A stretch of 64,000 nt of DNA, from the NCBI GenBank assembly GCA_964570875.1, contig CAZMZE010000040.1, forward strand, positions 3,252 to 67,251. The letters run 5' to 3'. Below, one piece after another: positions 61,451-64,000 of this stretch (positions are counted from its first letter, which is position 1; each line of letters begins with the position of its first letter). The DNA is from an uncultured Dehalococcoidia bacterium. Lineage in GTDB: Bacteria; Chloroflexota; Dehalococcoidia; Lucifugimonadales; CATQGZ01. The notes under the pieces were generated by a model that saw nothing but the letters and a program-made list of their open reading frames with translations, ran no database searches and was not told the DNA's origin. The position numbers were made by a program, and so were the translations under genes.

Positions 61451-62263
61451 ATGCCCTCACTCTACGATCAATGGGCAGAAATCTACGATTCCGTATACTC
61501 GTATGTTCAATCGGACATTCCGTTCTATTCAAACCATGCTTCTGAATTGGGTGGACCCGTTATGGAACTAGGATGTGGTACAGGCAGGATAAGTTTGGCT
61601 TTGGCACAGAGAGGGATAGATGTTGTTGGGGTAGACTCTTCACCTGAAATGCTACGTATTGCCCAAAACAAAATTCCCGACCTCCCTGCCAACTGTGGCT
61701 CAGTGTCATTCATAGAGGCAGACATGAGAAACATGACGCTTACGGATAGGGATGTTCCTCAATCATACAATCTCATAATCCTGCCTTTCAGAACATTTTT
61801 ATCACTCCTTTCTTTGGCTGACCAAATACAAACATTAAACAATATAATTCGACACATTGCTCCGGGCGGCAAGTTAATTTTCGATATATTTGTTCCGGAT
61901 ATCAATATGCTCACCTCAGAAGGTGATCTTCCCTATCATTTTAGAGACGTGACCGACCCAGAAACTGGACTCAAATGGGTATTGTGGCATCAAAGCCGAT
62001 ATGATAATTACAACCAGATAATTGATGCCCGAGTCATCGCTGAGCAACTTGACGTTAATGGATTCGTATCGAAAAAATTCTACAGAGATTTCCAGTTGAG
62101 ATATATTCACATTTGGGAAATGCACCATTTGTTGGAATTGTGCGGATACGAAATCATTGACATCTACGGTGATTTCGAGTTCACACCGTTTGATGAAAAC
62201 AGTACAGAAATGGTATTCGTAGTTAAACCCAAAAGCTATGTCACAAATCATGATAGTTCTTGA
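61451..62263 (+). CDS. Class I SAM-dependent methyltransferase
   Basis: ELGCGTGR, GVDSS, ADMR, PGGKL. Confidence 0.9.
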   Translation: MPSLYDQWAEIYDSVYSYVQSDIPFYSNHASELGGPVMELGCGTGRISLALAQRGIDVVGVDSSPEMLRIAQNKIPDLPANCGSVSFIEADMRNMTLTDRDVPQSYNLIILPFRTFLSLLSLADQIQTLNNIIRHIAPGGKLIFDIFVPDINMLTSEGDLPYHFRDVTDPETGLKWVLWHQSRYDNYNQIIDARVIAEQLDVNGFVSKKFYRDFQLRYIHIWEMHHLLELCGYEIIDIYGDFEFTPFDENSTEMVFVVKPKSYVTNHDSS

Positions 62264-62313
62264 TTTTTGTTGCTTGAATCACCAAACCCAAACATTGCCC
62301 CATCTAATTCACT

Positions 62314-63180
62314 ATGCTAATCTCTGATACATTTATGGATAATGATAGAATTGATCAGATTTTAAGTGGATCATTCGACTTTCACGTCTATTCTTCTCCT
62401 GACCCTTTTATAGCGAGAAGAATGGATGGGCTGGACGTTGCTCGCTTAGCATATGAATCTGAAATGTCTGGATTTGTGCTCAATTCAGATTATTATTCAA
62501 CAGCGCCGCTTGCTTCAACCTTGCAACGAATGTACCCGGGCCTTTTGGTAACTGGCTCCGTCACTTTAAACGAAGCTGTTGGCGGAATTAACCCCGAGGC
62601 AGTACGAATCGCAGCCAAATTAGGTGCCAGAGTTGTATCCATGCCAACGGTTTCAGCTGATTTTTGGATGAAGCAAAATAATCTAGGAAATGGAATCAGT
62701 TTGCTTAGGGAACCTGGCCATCTTAACCCATCATTACTGAAAATATTGGACATCATAGTTTCAGAAGACATGATTCTAACTACGGGGAACATTTCTCCAA
62801 AAGAATGCATCAATCTCTTGAATAGAGCTCAGGAAGTTGGGGTCAAGAAAATGATCGTAAATGATGTATCTCACATATCTAATGCTGATGATCTGAAAGA
62901 AATAGCAGCGACTGGGGCGGTGATCGAGCATTCATTATTGTCCTGCATGCCAACTGAGAGGAAATTGAGCCCGAAACAATTAACAGACTCTATCTACACA
63001 GCTGGAGTCGGAAATTCAATTCTCTCTACCCACCTTGGTCAAATTGAAAATCCACCTCCATCTGAAGGGATGAGAATGGCCATCGCTATGCTTCTAAACG
63101 AAGGAATGTCCCCAAACGACATATCTAAATTAGTCAAGGAAACTCCAATAACTTTGGTACAAGATCGTAAACCAGGCTAG
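62314..63180 (+). CDS. Amidohydrolase-fold protein (DUF6282-like) with degenerate metal ligands
   Basis: DFHVYSSPD, LNEAVGGINP, SMPT, IEH, LGQIENPPPSEG. Confidence 0.75.
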   Translation: MLISDTFMDNDRIDQILSGSFDFHVYSSPDPFIARRMDGLDVARLAYESEMSGFVLNSDYYSTAPLASTLQRMYPGLLVTGSVTLNEAVGGINPEAVRIAAKLGARVVSMPTVSADFWMKQNNLGNGISLLREPGHLNPSLLKILDIIVSEDMILTTGNISPKECINLLNRAQEVGVKKMIVNDVSHISNADDLKEIAATGAVIEHSLLSCMPTERKLSPKQLTDSIYTAGVGNSILSTHLGQIENPPPSEGMRMAIAMLLNEGMSPNDISKLVKETPITLVQDRKPG

Positions 63181-63304
63181 GTAGAAATTACACTTAATCT
63201 AAGCAAAGGCTTCATACTATTAACAAATTCCCACCTTGGATAAATACTTTACTGAATATAGTATGACTTAAACCAAATTACTACCCTATCAACAAAGTGT
63301 GAAA

Positions 63305-64000
63305 ATGCAGTGTGCTCAAGTAACAGGTCTCGGAAAAATCAAGACAATAGATGTTCCCATTCCTTCTATTGAATCGGGCGAACTCCTTGTAAAAACAAAA
63401 ATTGCATCCATTTGTGGTAGTGACTTGCACATAGTTAATATGGGATGGAATGTAACAGAATATCCATTACCTCACGGCTATCCAGGCCACGAAGGCATTG
63501 GACAGGTGGTAGACCATAACGGGGTAAATGGATTTGAGAATGGAGACCTCGTTCTGACAGTACCCAACATTTGGAACTCGAAAACTTTTGCAGAATATCA
63601 GGTTTTGAATTCCCAGTATTTATTACGCCTGCCAAAACACACTCCCGAATCACATCTGCTAATGGCACAGCAACTTGGAACAGTTATATTTGGATGCAGG
63701 CGTCTTCCTCCACTCCTTGGGAAAACAGTAGCGGTCATCGGACAAGGTTCTGTGGGATTATTTCACGATTTTATGTTAAAAAGACTAGGCGCTCATCGTA
63801 TTATTGCCATAGAACCATTAATTGATAGACTTGATGCTGGCAAAAACTTGGGTGTCGACGATTCAATTAATCTGACAGGCAACGATGCCACCCAGTGTTT
63901 AATGGACCTCACTTCGGGAGAAGGCGCTGACGTGGTAATCGAAGCTGTAGGTAGCGTTGAAACACTCAATCAAGCCATCCATATGGCGAAGCCATTTGGT
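63305..64000 (+). CDS. Zn-dependent medium-chain dehydrogenase (truncated by window edge)
   Basis: Manual translation: ICGSDLH, PGHEGIG, IGQGSVG, DVVIEAVG; no four-Cys structural Zn lobe. Confidence 0.9.
   Translation, partial: MQCAQVTGLGKIKTIDVPIPSIESGELLVKTKIASICGSDLHIVNMGWNVTEYPLPHGYPGHEGIGQVVDHNGVNGFENGDLVLTVPNIWNSKTFAEYQVLNSQYLLRLPKHTPESHLLMAQQLGTVIFGCRRLPPLLGKTVAVIGQGSVGLFHDFMLKRLGAHRIIAIEPLIDRLDAGKNLGVDDSINLTGNDATQCLMDLTSGEGADVVIEAVGSVETLNQAIHMAKPFG

Noticed and set aside
61448-61460. ruvB absent after ruvA
   Set aside because: ruvB is often encoded elsewhere; cannot be judged from this window.
1-64000. CRISPR arrays, IS elements, integrases, tRNA/rRNA genes
   Set aside because: None seen by eye; a tRNAscan/Infernal run would be needed to exclude small RNAs fully.

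Overview
Chromosomal window from a bacterium that looks like Chloroflexota/Dehalococcoidia (SAR202-like). This is inferred from the rpsL-rpsG-fusA-rpsJ order without tuf, ThyX, alternative complex III and the many paralogous catabolic enzymes. From left to right it holds: the 5' part of pyrG; a four-gene cassette of unknown function (two paralogous small proteins flanking a double zinc-ribbon protein) behind an 18-bp direct repeat; thyX; about 18 kb of catabolic genes; a stand-alone candidate sRNA of about 160 nt with its own promoter, terminator and a strongly RBS-equipped 10-codon ORF; an alternative complex III operon with split ActB; a DtxR/MntR regulator; the str-S10-spc-alpha ribosomal superoperon with a membrane-protein gene inserted between rpsK and rpsD; rplS, priA, a Rid-aminotransferase-MFS unit, yebC-ruvC-ruvA, a methyltransferase, a degenerate amidohydrolase-fold protein and a truncated Zn-dependent dehydrogenase. 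I saw no tRNA, rRNA, CRISPR array or transposase. All calls come from motif recognition by eye; no searches were run.
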